This document shows positions 8,956-17,166 of a stretch of 64,000 nucleotides of DNA, in pieces. The translations under genes were made by a program, and so were the position numbers. The notes beneath the pieces are model-generated. The model was not told the origin of the DNA. It was given only the letters and a program-made list of their open reading frames with translations, and did not search any database. This stretch comes from a virus: the IMG/VR virus record IMGVR_UViG_3300036045_000005, positions 1 through 64,000 of that record; one strand, 5' to 3'. Position 1 is the stretch's first letter; every line of letters starts with the position of its first letter.

Positions 8956-9201
8956 ATGCAAGATGATGGGGAAGCGGCCATCCCAAGAGCCTACTACCAA
9001 TGTATCGAGAATGTTCTGATGCGGAGAGGCGGCGACATTATCGGCATTAGCTTTACATCGGGGCAGGTATTTCCGCTTCTGCGCTTTGAAGGGGTGAGCG
9101 CCGTCATGCTCAACGACGTGGGCACCGAACACCTGATACCGTCGAAGATGTTGGCGCAACGCTTTCGCAAGGTAGAAAACGATGACCAGACTAAGCCCTA
9201 A
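8956..9201 (+). CDS. Hypothetical protein
   Basis: Operon packing. Confidence 0.5.
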   Translation: MQDDGEAAIPRAYYQCIENVLMRRGGDIIGISFTSGQVFPLLRFEGVSAVMLNDVGTEHLIPSKMLAQRFRKVENDDQTKP

Positions 9202-9643
9202 ACAATTGCAAACGGCCGTCGCCAATGGCAGCCAGGTGATTGAGTACGATAAACCTGTTGTGGCAACGGCCGTCATCAAGCGAATCCCCATGGCCCCCTT
9301 CGGCAAAGAACGGCCGCGAGTGACGGCCAATGGCACGTATATGCCCCGCGATTATGAACGGAAAAGGAAGTTGCTGCGCTGGCAGTTTGGCGAAGTGCCG
9401 GGCGGTCTGGTGCATTTGTCGGTGACGGCCGTGCGCCAGATGCCAAAGGATTGGAGCAAGGTAAAACGTGAGCGGATGCGTGGCCGGTATGCCGCGCCAG
9501 AGCCAGACACCGACAACATCCTGGGCGCGGTCATGGATTCGCTTTGGGAACGGGATAACGCGGTTATCTCTGTATTTTGTGAAAAGGTATGGGGCGACAA
9601 GCCGGAACTGGTGATTGAAGTCGCCCCAGTTCAGGAGGATTAA
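9182..9643 (+). CDS. rusA: RusA-family Holliday junction resolvase
   Basis: GKERPRV, PDTDNILGAVMDSL...D and VISVFCEKVWG. Confidence 0.88.
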   Translation: MTRLSPKQLQTAVANGSQVIEYDKPVVATAVIKRIPMAPFGKERPRVTANGTYMPRDYERKRKLLRWQFGEVPGGLVHLSVTAVRQMPKDWSKVKRERMRGRYAAPEPDTDNILGAVMDSLWERDNAVISVFCEKVWGDKPELVIEVAPVQED

Positions 9644-9708
9644 CCCCTGTGCGGGCTAGGCCCGTTTACCGGGCGCATGGATGAACCCAGCTTTCACCCG
9701 CGCAGGAG

Positions 9709-10386
9709 TTGATGGATTGTAACATGAGAATTGCTAACTGGACGAAGTTATCATCTAAGGAGTTGTGGCGTACCTGGCTGACGCGGTTTGAGGGTGAGGA
9801 GGATGCGATAGTCACGGCCGTTTTCATCGGCAACCGCCTGGTGAAGGATAAAGCCCGCTCAACTAAGCGCATCTTCTACAGCATCAAGGATGAGTTTCTG
9901 CGCCGCACTCAGGCCACGGGCCAACGTGTGCGCCATGAGGTAGACCACTGTTACCGTTGTGATGGCACAGGTAACGCCTATGAGGAAGAAGATGGAGTTT
10001 GTCAGCGTTGCTGTGGAGATGGTATCTGGCGAGACCGCTGGCTTTACGTCCATCGCTTTGAAGTCAACGGCCGTCCTTACTGTTTCCATTCCTACACCGA
10101 ACCGGCCGTACTGCTGACCGGGCAAGGCGAAGATTTGGAGAGCTACGGTGGGCAGTTCGGTGAGGAGGAATTGGCGGAACTGGCACTGCCCATGACCGGC
10201 CTGCTGCGAATGTTGCGTTATGTAGCGGCCGTGTATTGGGGTCTGGTTTTTGACGATGGACGGTACGTCCGCCCGCCACCCAAAAAGGAAACAGGTGCGG
10301 TGGAGGAAGAGACGGCCGGTTCACGGCCAATGAATCTCCGTTTCTTCTGGGTGGGGCAGCCAACGATAGGCGACATTCTATTTTGA
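9709..10386 (+). CDS. Hypothetical protein with a DnaJ-like zinc-finger pair
   Basis: CYRCDGTG and CQRCCGDG; start uncertain (9709, 9712 or 9724). Confidence 0.65.
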   Translation: MMDCNMRIANWTKLSSKELWRTWLTRFEGEEDAIVTAVFIGNRLVKDKARSTKRIFYSIKDEFLRRTQATGQRVRHEVDHCYRCDGTGNAYEEEDGVCQRCCGDGIWRDRWLYVHRFEVNGRPYCFHSYTEPAVLLTGQGEDLESYGGQFGEEELAELALPMTGLLRMLRYVAAVYWGLVFDDGRYVRPPPKKETGAVEEETAGSRPMNLRFFWVGQPTIGDILF

Positions 10387-10410
10387 CGTGATTTACAGGA
10401 GAAAACAAAG

Positions 10411-11007
10411 ATGAACGTTCCACAAATAACCATGCCGCCAGAGGCGGCACAATTAAAATTAGAGGCGTATCGGAAGCAATTGCGTCGTCGGGCAGATGAG
10501 GAGTATAAGGCGGCCGTTGCTGGTTATGCGGCACTGGCTGCGGGCAAGCCTCTGCTGAACCTAACGGACGCTTTTAACCATGCCGGGTTGGGGGAGGACG
10601 GCCGTCCCCGCCTGGCTATCGCCCGCGCCGACCGGAAACAGGTCATGCTAGATGTCTGGCGCGACCGACGCGAGGCGGTATTCGACTCTCGCAAAAACCC
10701 GCAAGTCTTTGGCTACGTGGGCACATTGCGGATGCGTATTCCGGTGGATTTCAGCATGAACGGTGCGAAAGATGGGTATGCCCTGGTGCCCCTCGTCCCA
10801 GCCGATGTGCGGCCGATGACGGGGAGCCTGAAGGATTTCTTCATCTTATGGGAAGTGGAGCAGTGGTCAGATCGGCCGTTGACAGCCGTACCCGATTATG
10901 ACCCCCTTCTGCTCCAACATATTGCCGGAGATTTATATGCGGTGATAGCCGAGTGGGATTTGACCCCACTTGAACGGGCCATTATGACCGGACGGCGGGT
11001 GGCGTAG
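10411..11007 (+). CDS. Conserved-type phage hypothetical protein
   Basis: AGGAG SD; FILWEV..W, DPLLL.HI.GDLYAVIAEWDLTPLE. Confidence 0.75.
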   Translation: MNVPQITMPPEAAQLKLEAYRKQLRRRADEEYKAAVAGYAALAAGKPLLNLTDAFNHAGLGEDGRPRLAIARADRKQVMLDVWRDRREAVFDSRKNPQVFGYVGTLRMRIPVDFSMNGAKDGYALVPLVPADVRPMTGSLKDFFILWEVEQWSDRPLTAVPDYDPLLLQHIAGDLYAVIAEWDLTPLERAIMTGRRVA

Positions 11008-11036
11008 AAAGAGAGATAGAGAAAGGGCACAGATAT

Positions 11037-11085
11037 TTGACGGCCTTGCCTCATTCAACATAGAATGGTGTGTGATTTAATCATA
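11037..11085 (+). promoter_or_regulatory. Promoter with operator
   Basis: TTGACG, 18 bp, TAGAAT, then TGTGAT-TTA-ATCATA. Confidence 0.7.
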
Positions 11086-11105
11086 CGAAGATGTGAGGCA
11101 AGACC

Positions 11106-11477
11106 ATGCAAGAGAAGTCTGGACGTGGGGGGAAACGCCAGGGTGCTGGCCGTCGCGCCCGATATGGCAGCCCAATGCCTCGTTCCGCTTTCACCGCCCG
11201 CCCCGATCAAGTTGTTTTCTACCTGCTTCTGTCTGGAAATGAGCGCACCGTTTCGGCAGGGGTGCAACGGGCAGTACGGCGGCTGGTGGAGTCGAATGAC
11301 CCGGAAGCGGCCGCACTATATGAGCAGGCGAAGTGGATGACCAAACAGGCTGAGGCGGAACTGGAGGCGGGCAAGACTGTAGGTGAGGAAGTGAAGCAAG
11401 AAGAGATATTACGCCATGTCTTAGAACACCACCTGCGGCTGGTGGCATTGTGGGAAAATCGTGAAGGGAATGGTTGA
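11106..11477 (+). CDS. Putative DNA-binding protein (RHH-like)
   Basis: RGGKRQGAGR N-terminus, SAGVQRAVRRL helix. Confidence 0.6.
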   Translation: MQEKSGRGGKRQGAGRRARYGSPMPRSAFTARPDQVVFYLLLSGNERTVSAGVQRAVRRLVESNDPEAAALYEQAKWMTKQAEAELEAGKTVGEEVKQEEILRHVLEHHLRLVALWENREGNG

Positions 11478-11522
11478 CGACCGTCCCCTTTTTTTGTTAT
11501 CATTCAGTATGATAAAATCGGA
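11474..11522 (+). promoter_or_regulatory. Promoter with operator
   Basis: TTGACG, 18 bp, TATCAT, then TATGAT-AAA-ATCGGA. Confidence 0.65.
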
Positions 11523-11540
11523 CTAAATCAAAGGTGAGAG

Positions 11541-11756
11541 ATGACGACAAAAACTACAACCATCAAGCGAGGGCGCAAGCCGCAGTTTGACGAACCGGGC
11601 AAGCGGGATACGGCTTATCTCCCGCAATCTAACCACGAGATTCTGGTGGCAATTGGTGACGACAATTTCAGCCGGGGAGTTCGTGTCGCCCTGGAAGCGT
11701 ATCGCCGGCAATTCGGCGATGCGCCTAACCAGGAACTCCTGGCTCAAGTAGTGTAG
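11541..11756 (+). CDS. Ribbon-helix-helix-like regulator
   Basis: KRGRKP...RDTAYLP...ILVAIGDDNFSRGVRVALE. Confidence 0.7.
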   Translation: MTTKTTTIKRGRKPQFDEPGKRDTAYLPQSNHEILVAIGDDNFSRGVRVALEAYRRQFGDAPNQELLAQVV

Positions 11757-11802
11757 GCAGCCGACCAAGCGGCTTCTTCATTCTTCTCTTCCTCTTCCTG
11801 GC

Positions 11803-11838
11803 GTAGACCCTGGCCCAAAACCAGGGTCTACTGCTTTA
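11803..11838 (+). terminator. Intrinsic terminator
   Basis: GTAGACCCTGG-7 nt-CCAGGGTCTAC followed by TGCTTTA. Confidence 0.6.
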
Positions 11839-11885
11839 TTGACAACGGCTTGAAAATCGCTATAATTAAGTATGATAAAATCATA
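11839..11885 (+). promoter_or_regulatory. Consensus promoter with perfect operator
   Basis: TTGACA, 16 bp, TATAAT, then TATGAT-AAA-ATCATA. Confidence 0.85.
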
Positions 11886-11909
11886 TATATTCAAAAGCGG
11901 GGCAAGACC

Positions 11910-12884
11910 ATGAGAGAGGCAACAGCAGCAGATATACCGGGTGTTAAGGGAGCATTTAATGGCACAAGCTGGACACCGGAGAAGCGGGAAGAATCGGCTA
12001 TCAAAAGCTACCTGGATCATATGGTGGCTGTGAAAATAGAGTTTGACCAGTGGCGTACTCCTGAGAACGGTACACAAATGGATGAGGCGTTAGAGGCGTA
12101 TCGGGTGAAATATGCCAGCCTATACAACGCTTATCTGTCAGCGCATGGGCGCGTGGCTTCTGCCGCCATTACAGGTGGCTCGAATTTCCCCACGCGGCGG
12201 ATGCAAAAGCGAGGGGCAACGGCCGACAAGCGGGTACACGAATGGATGGGATGGAGCGATAGGCGGCTTGCCCAATTACGCGATCTGTATGACCCCAAAC
12301 GGATCGCCCGCGCTGCGGCCAAAGCCCCCATTTCCTCAGACAACCCGGTGTTAGCTGTCGCCCAATTGCAAGACAGGATTGATAAGGCAGAGAAGGTTCA
12401 GGAGTTAATGAAAGCTGCCAATAAGATTGTCAGGAATGGCAAGTTGACGGCCGAGGAAAAGGTATTGAGACTGACCACTCTTGTTGGTTCAGAACATATA
12501 GCCCGGAAATTGCTACAACCTGATTCTTGCAACCGATTAGGATTTGCCGATTATCAACTGACCAACAACAACGCCAATATCCGCCGTATGAAAGCACGTA
12601 TTGCGGAGTTGGAGTTAGCGGCGAAGCGTGAAAGCGACAGCGACCAGCGCGGCGACATTACTATTGAGCGCAACGTAAATGAAAACCGCCTGCAAATCTT
12701 CTTCCCTGACAAGCCAGTAGCGGCCGTGCGTGACGTACTCAAGAGTAACGGCTTCCACTGGTCTCCTTCCATCGGCTGTTGGCAAAGACAGCTAAATGAT
12801 CATGCGACTTACGCTTTTGAGAACCATATTTGGCCGGTAATTGCCCGGCATTACGAAACCACTAACAAGGAGGAGCGGCCGTGA
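11910..12884 (+). CDS. Polyvalent-protein-associated / DUF3560-like protein
   Basis: AFNGTSWTPEKR, ITGGSNFP.RR, YQLTNNNANIRR, NRLQIFFPDKP...LKSNGFHWSPS.GCWQR. Confidence 0.7.
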   Translation: MREATAADIPGVKGAFNGTSWTPEKREESAIKSYLDHMVAVKIEFDQWRTPENGTQMDEALEAYRVKYASLYNAYLSAHGRVASAAITGGSNFPTRRMQKRGATADKRVHEWMGWSDRRLAQLRDLYDPKRIARAAAKAPISSDNPVLAVAQLQDRIDKAEKVQELMKAANKIVRNGKLTAEEKVLRLTTLVGSEHIARKLLQPDSCNRLGFADYQLTNNNANIRRMKARIAELELAAKRESDSDQRGDITIERNVNENRLQIFFPDKPVAAVRDVLKSNGFHWSPSIGCWQRQLNDHATYAFENHIWPVIARHYETTNKEERP

Positions 12885-13135
12885 ACAACAGATTTGTTGC
12901 GATAGCCACCACCGAAGGCAGAATCACTGCAATTACTATTCATCTGCCTGATACAACAGGCAACCACGCAACCCTTTGCGGTATGGATGGAAACGATCCA
13001 CACCCGTCAGTCAATCAATCGTCTGCCACTGCACCCGCCCGCGCAAAGGTGAACTGCCCGCAATGTTATGCCTTGTGGAAAGTAGCGCAGCAATACACAA
13101 AAGCGGACTTTATCTGGACGGAGGGACGGCTGTGA
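12881..13135 (+). CDS. Small zinc-binding hypothetical protein
   Basis: H...TLCG...VNCPQC; GTGA overlaps at both ends. Confidence 0.65.
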   Translation: MNNRFVAIATTEGRITAITIHLPDTTGNHATLCGMDGNDPHPSVNQSSATAPARAKVNCPQCYALWKVAQQYTKADFIWTEGRL

Positions 13136-14115
13136 AATCCATCACCGTCCCACCCATCATTGACACCGCCATGCGCCAGGGGGCAACGCTGGCTGTGAAC
13201 ATTTCCGGTGGCAAGGATGGGCAGGCAATGGCTAACACCCTCGGCCGCCTGCACCAGGAGCGCGGCTGGGCGGGCGGCATCTTCGCCTTGCACATGGACC
13301 TGGGCCGGGCTGAATGGCCGCAGACACCCGGCCACGTGGAGCGTATCGCCCACGAGAATGGTCTGCCCCTGGTGGTAGTCAATCGGCCGCAAGGCGATCT
13401 GGTGCAGGAGATTGCTGACCGCATGGAGAAGTTGCGCGGCACCGGCAAACCCTTCTGGCCTTCTTCTGCCAGCCGTTATTGCACGGCCGACCAGAAGCGC
13501 AGCCAGGCGGACAAGGTTTACCGCGACGTGGACGCGCACCTCGCTCCATTCTGGCCCTCAGCCTCCAGTCGCTATTGCACCGCACACCACAAAACGAACC
13601 AGGCCGATAAGGTTTATCGCCAGCACCGGATCGTCATCAGCGCCGAGGGCATCCGCGCCGCCGAGAGCAAGACCAGAGAGAAGAAAAACCCACTGCACAT
13701 GCGGGAGCAAATCACCGCCAAAGCCCTGGTCAACCTTTCCCTTGAGGATGCGCTGGCTTACCGCAACCCGGAGCAGCGGTTGGGCATCAACTGGTATCCG
13801 ATTTTCGATTGGTCAATTGATGACGTATGGGCAGCCTGCGGCACGTCTGCGGCCGACCTGGAAACACGACGGGCATTGTATGCCGACGGCCGTGAGGCGG
13901 AAGCCCTGGACGGCTGGCCCTGCCACCCCGCCTATGTCTTTGGCAACCAACGGTTAAGCTGTGCCCTGTGCGTCCTGGCAAGTGACAACGACATCCGCAA
14001 TGGGGCGAAGCATCACCCGGAGCTATATGCAACCTATCGCCAGATGGAAGAAGAAGGTGGGTCTACGTTTAAGCACGGCCGTTCATTGGCCGACATTGTG
14101 GAAGGCGATCTATGA
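13132..14115 (+). CDS. PAPS-reductase-family (PP-loop) protein with an internal duplication
   Basis: ISGGKDG, RYCT...K (twice), GIRAAES..R, PIFDWS, HPAY..G..RLSCALC; start GTG 13132. Confidence 0.88.
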   Translation: MKSITVPPIIDTAMRQGATLAVNISGGKDGQAMANTLGRLHQERGWAGGIFALHMDLGRAEWPQTPGHVERIAHENGLPLVVVNRPQGDLVQEIADRMEKLRGTGKPFWPSSASRYCTADQKRSQADKVYRDVDAHLAPFWPSASSRYCTAHHKTNQADKVYRQHRIVISAEGIRAAESKTREKKNPLHMREQITAKALVNLSLEDALAYRNPEQRLGINWYPIFDWSIDDVWAACGTSAADLETRRALYADGREAEALDGWPCHPAYVFGNQRLSCALCVLASDNDIRNGAKHHPELYATYRQMEEEGGSTFKHGRSLADIVEGDL

Positions 14116-14363
14116 GCAGAACCAAACATCAACCATCTCAAGCCGGGTTCTTTCCCAAAATAACTGTTGCTCACCAGCAGGAATGGTTGTGGACATACGA
14201 TTCAGCCGGGTGGGGGATGTTTTTCACACGCCCCGCAGGGTCAAAGGAGTTGTTTTACAACCGGTTCGCGGGCACACCCAAACACCCTCGGAGCGGGCAC
14301 GGGCCAGGAGAATATGTTGATGAATTTGGAAAGGTTTGTGTAGCACAGGAGCAACGGCAATGA
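14112..14363 (+). CDS. Hypothetical protein
   Basis: ATGA overlaps at both ends. Confidence 0.6.
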   Translation: MSRTKHQPSQAGFFPKITVAHQQEWLWTYDSAGWGMFFTRPAGSKELFYNRFAGTPKHPRSGHGPGEYVDEFGKVCVAQEQRQ

Positions 14364-15337
14364 ACAGGGTTAAGCAGCAATTTCTCCTGGACAAGCGGGT
14401 GCTGTTCAATTACAGCATCACCAACGGCCGTATTGATGGCCCGTTGGATGATGCGCCGGTCATTGTCTCCAATGGCGTTGGCACGGATTCCGTCGCGCTA
14501 CTCGTCGAGTTGCACCGTGCCGCAGTGGTGCCGGATGCCATCGTGACCGCGCTGGTGGGGCAGGGGGAATTTGGCAATGAGCATCGCCGCTTTTATCAGT
14601 ACATCCCGATTTTGGAGAAGTGGTTGACTGACGTTGGCTTCCCGCCCATCACCTTTGTCTGGTATGAGATGAAGCGGCAGGCCAAACACTTTGAGTATCG
14701 AAGTCTGGCGGGGAACTGTCTGGCGAATCGGATGCTGCCCAGCATCTCCTACCGACGCAATCACAGTTGCAGCCTGAAGTACAAGGGCGCGGAGATTGAC
14801 CGGTGGGTGACGGCGCGGTACGGGGAACGGCCGTGTTATCGGCTGGTGGGTTACGACTGTGGCGAAGGGCACCGCAACGCCCGTTTTAGTGCCAGGCCAA
14901 CCAACAGTGCGCGAGGCAAAGACCTGTTCATTTATCCATTGCAATATCTAGGAATGACGCGGCAGGACTGCGAGGAGGCCATCACGGCCGCCGGGTTGCC
15001 ACTGCCGGGCAAATCTTCCTGTACCTTCTGTGCTTCGATGCACCCAGAAGAGATAGACGAATTGCTCCCCGATGAGTTGTGGCGCATTGTCATCCTGGAA
15101 GCCCACGCTTCGCCCAACCTGAAAACCATCAAGGGGTTGTGGGGGCATGACGGCCGGATGACAGATTACATCGTCATGCGCGGCCTGTTGCCCGCCGTCC
15201 TGGTGGCTGAGGTATGGGCGAAGTGGGCGGCCGACGAACGGCCGTCGGAGTTGCGTGATAACCCGGATGCAATTGCAGATGTCGTGCTTTTCGAGGAATC
15301 GAGAAGGCTGGCCGATATTGTGGAGGCAGAACTGTGA
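14360..15337 (+). CDS. Second PAPS-reductase-like adenine nucleotide alpha-hydrolase protein
   Basis: VSNGVGTDS PP-loop variant, CSLKYK, VGYD..E..R, YPL, PGKSSCTFC. Confidence 0.8.
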   Translation: MNRVKQQFLLDKRVLFNYSITNGRIDGPLDDAPVIVSNGVGTDSVALLVELHRAAVVPDAIVTALVGQGEFGNEHRRFYQYIPILEKWLTDVGFPPITFVWYEMKRQAKHFEYRSLAGNCLANRMLPSISYRRNHSCSLKYKGAEIDRWVTARYGERPCYRLVGYDCGEGHRNARFSARPTNSARGKDLFIYPLQYLGMTRQDCEEAITAAGLPLPGKSSCTFCASMHPEEIDELLPDELWRIVILEAHASPNLKTIKGLWGHDGRMTDYIVMRGLLPAVLVAEVWAKWAADERPSELRDNPDAIADVVLFEESRRLADIVEAEL

Positions 15338-15894
15338 ACGAAACATTGATCTATCGGGAGAAGGCGGTCTATATCAAACCCGGCACATTTTCCGGGTACG
15401 TCGCAATCGTCCCCAACCAAAGCGGAATCTCGCGGAAGAAATTACAACACGAAGATTGTGACGTGGTAACCGCCCTGGCGAAAGGGTGGATTGATGAGCA
15501 GTTGGATCGAGAGCTGCCGGTAACTCTCTACACCTTCGGCTACCAAAAGCAACACCCCCAAACGCTGTATGACCACTTGAAGCGTCTAGGCGCGGTACTG
15601 GTGGATATTCGTTATAGCCCGCACTCCCGCAACCCGGTTTGGAATGGGGGCAACCTGAGCATCGTTCTCGGAAATAGGTACGTCTACCTTCGCAGCCTGG
15701 GCAATGTCAATTACAACTCCGAGGAAGGCATCCGGATCGCCGACATCGAAACAGGCGGTGCGAAGGTTGCCGCGATGATGCAGGTTGCGCCGGTCATTCT
15801 GTTGTGCGTCTGCCCGAATCCTGAGACTTGCCACCGCAAGGTGGTAGCCGATGCCCTGGCCGTGCGCTATGGCTGGCAGGTGGAGCATTTGTAG
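15334..15894 (+). CDS. DUF488-like protein
   Basis: LYTFGY, LVDIRYSPHSR, LGN, LLCVC....CHRKVVA. Confidence 0.8.
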   Translation: MNETLIYREKAVYIKPGTFSGYVAIVPNQSGISRKKLQHEDCDVVTALAKGWIDEQLDRELPVTLYTFGYQKQHPQTLYDHLKRLGAVLVDIRYSPHSRNPVWNGGNLSIVLGNRYVYLRSLGNVNYNSEEGIRIADIETGGAKVAAMMQVAPVILLCVCPNPETCHRKVVADALAVRYGWQVEHL

Positions 15895-16104
15895 ATGGGT
15901 ATTGAACTCTATGCGATTACCCACTACCGGGTTTTTATCGAAGTGGAGAGGCGGCTGGCAACACCCAAATGGTATTCGGTTCAGGCTGCCATTGCTTGGG
16001 TCATTAGTAATCAACTTGGCCGGAGCAAGGTTATTGGAGAGTTGGGCACAACCTCTTGTATCCATGTTGCCACCGTGATTGCAGAACAACAATGCACCAG
16101 TTAG
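15895..16104 (+). CDS. Hypothetical protein
   Basis: Abuts the previous stop codon. Confidence 0.45.
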   Translation: MGIELYAITHYRVFIEVERRLATPKWYSVQAAIAWVISNQLGRSKVIGELGTTSCIHVATVIAEQQCTS

Positions 16105-16745
16105 CCATTACCCTCGGCACTAAAGCCGATCTGCATTGGGCGCAGCAGACCGTCACCGCGCATCACTGTTTGCACCAGCCCGTACACAACCAGGCACGGC
16201 CGATGGTTTACGTCCTCACCATCAACGGCTTGCGCGCTGGCTTGATGATGGTTGGTTTACCCCATGCCACCAAAAACAGAGGGTGGTGGGGCTACGATGG
16301 CCTGCCAACACAGTGGCAAGTAGTAGACCTGTGCCGTATCTGGATTGCGCCGGAGTTGCAACCAGGTGGGTATTGGGCATCACGGCGACGCGTACCCGGC
16401 TTCACTGACCGGCGCGGCATCTTCCGGCCAACCGTTGCCACCTGGTTTATCCATGAAGTGCTGGCGCGGGTGCAGCGCGACCGCGTTTCCCTCTGGCCGC
16501 CGGTCTATCTGGACAAGCCCTATCACATTCGGCTGGTCATCAGCTACCACGATCCAGCTCTGCACCGGGGAACTATCTACAAACTGGCGGGGGCGGAGCC
16601 GATGTATACGGATGAAGCAGGTACGGCCGTGCCTGGGCCATCGGGTAAATATGGCTGGTGCTGGCGATTGCCGGAACCAGATTGGAATTGGAATGAGATT
16701 GATATAGCAGGGCCGCGCACGTTGCGGCTGCCGTTGGAGGTGTAA
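16092..16745 (+). CDS. Mom-like (GNAT-fold) DNA-modification protein
   Basis: VTAHHCLH, VDLCRIWI, LVISYHDP..HRGTIYKLAG resemble Mu Mom-family motifs. Confidence 0.7.
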   Translation: MHQLAITLGTKADLHWAQQTVTAHHCLHQPVHNQARPMVYVLTINGLRAGLMMVGLPHATKNRGWWGYDGLPTQWQVVDLCRIWIAPELQPGGYWASRRRVPGFTDRRGIFRPTVATWFIHEVLARVQRDRVSLWPPVYLDKPYHIRLVISYHDPALHRGTIYKLAGAEPMYTDEAGTAVPGPSGKYGWCWRLPEPDWNWNEIDIAGPRTLRLPLEV

Positions 16746-16746
16746 G

Positions 16747-17166
16747 GTGAAGGCGATACTTGAAGAACGAATTAAGATAAGCCAGGAGAATATAGGGCGA
16801 ATGGGCAAAGACGGCCGTCCGCCCAAAATGTCCATCCCTGTTCAGGCAACGGACGAGGATGTGTTTATTACTGAGACATTCAATATGACGGTGGCAGAGT
16901 TGGAGCGATTGCGCCAACACCGTGATGCTCTATTGGCGGCCGTCCAGGAATTAAAATCAGAGTTGATAGCGGCTCGCTGCGGGATTACGCCGCTTGCCAC
17001 CAACTTTGCGGGGCCGTGTATTGCCCACGTAGGCGGAGCAGAAAAGGAATTTGCCAGTTATGCGGAAGCCCGCGCCTGGATACAGGCTAGTTTCGACGCG
17101 ATGTTTCCGGCCGTTTTAGCTGCTGTTACCGGGACGGATACACGAGGAGCAGCCAATGCCGCGTAA
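16747..17166 (+). CDS. Hypothetical protein
   Basis: GGAGG SD; operon packing. Confidence 0.6.
   Translation: MKAILEERIKISQENIGRMGKDGRPPKMSIPVQATDEDVFITETFNMTVAELERLRQHRDALLAAVQELKSELIAARCGITPLATNFAGPCIAHVGGAEKEFASYAEARAWIQASFDAMFPAVLAAVTGTDTRGAANAA

Noticed and set aside
13450-13620. DGR template/variable repeat pair
   Set aside because: Differences are mostly synonymous and not adenine-specific, both copies are in frame in one gene, and no reverse transcriptase is seen.
13132-15337. Complete Dnd/Ssp phosphorothioation system
   Set aside because: Only PAPS-reductase-like genes are present; no DndD, DndE, SspB/C or cysteine desulfurase is recognisable.
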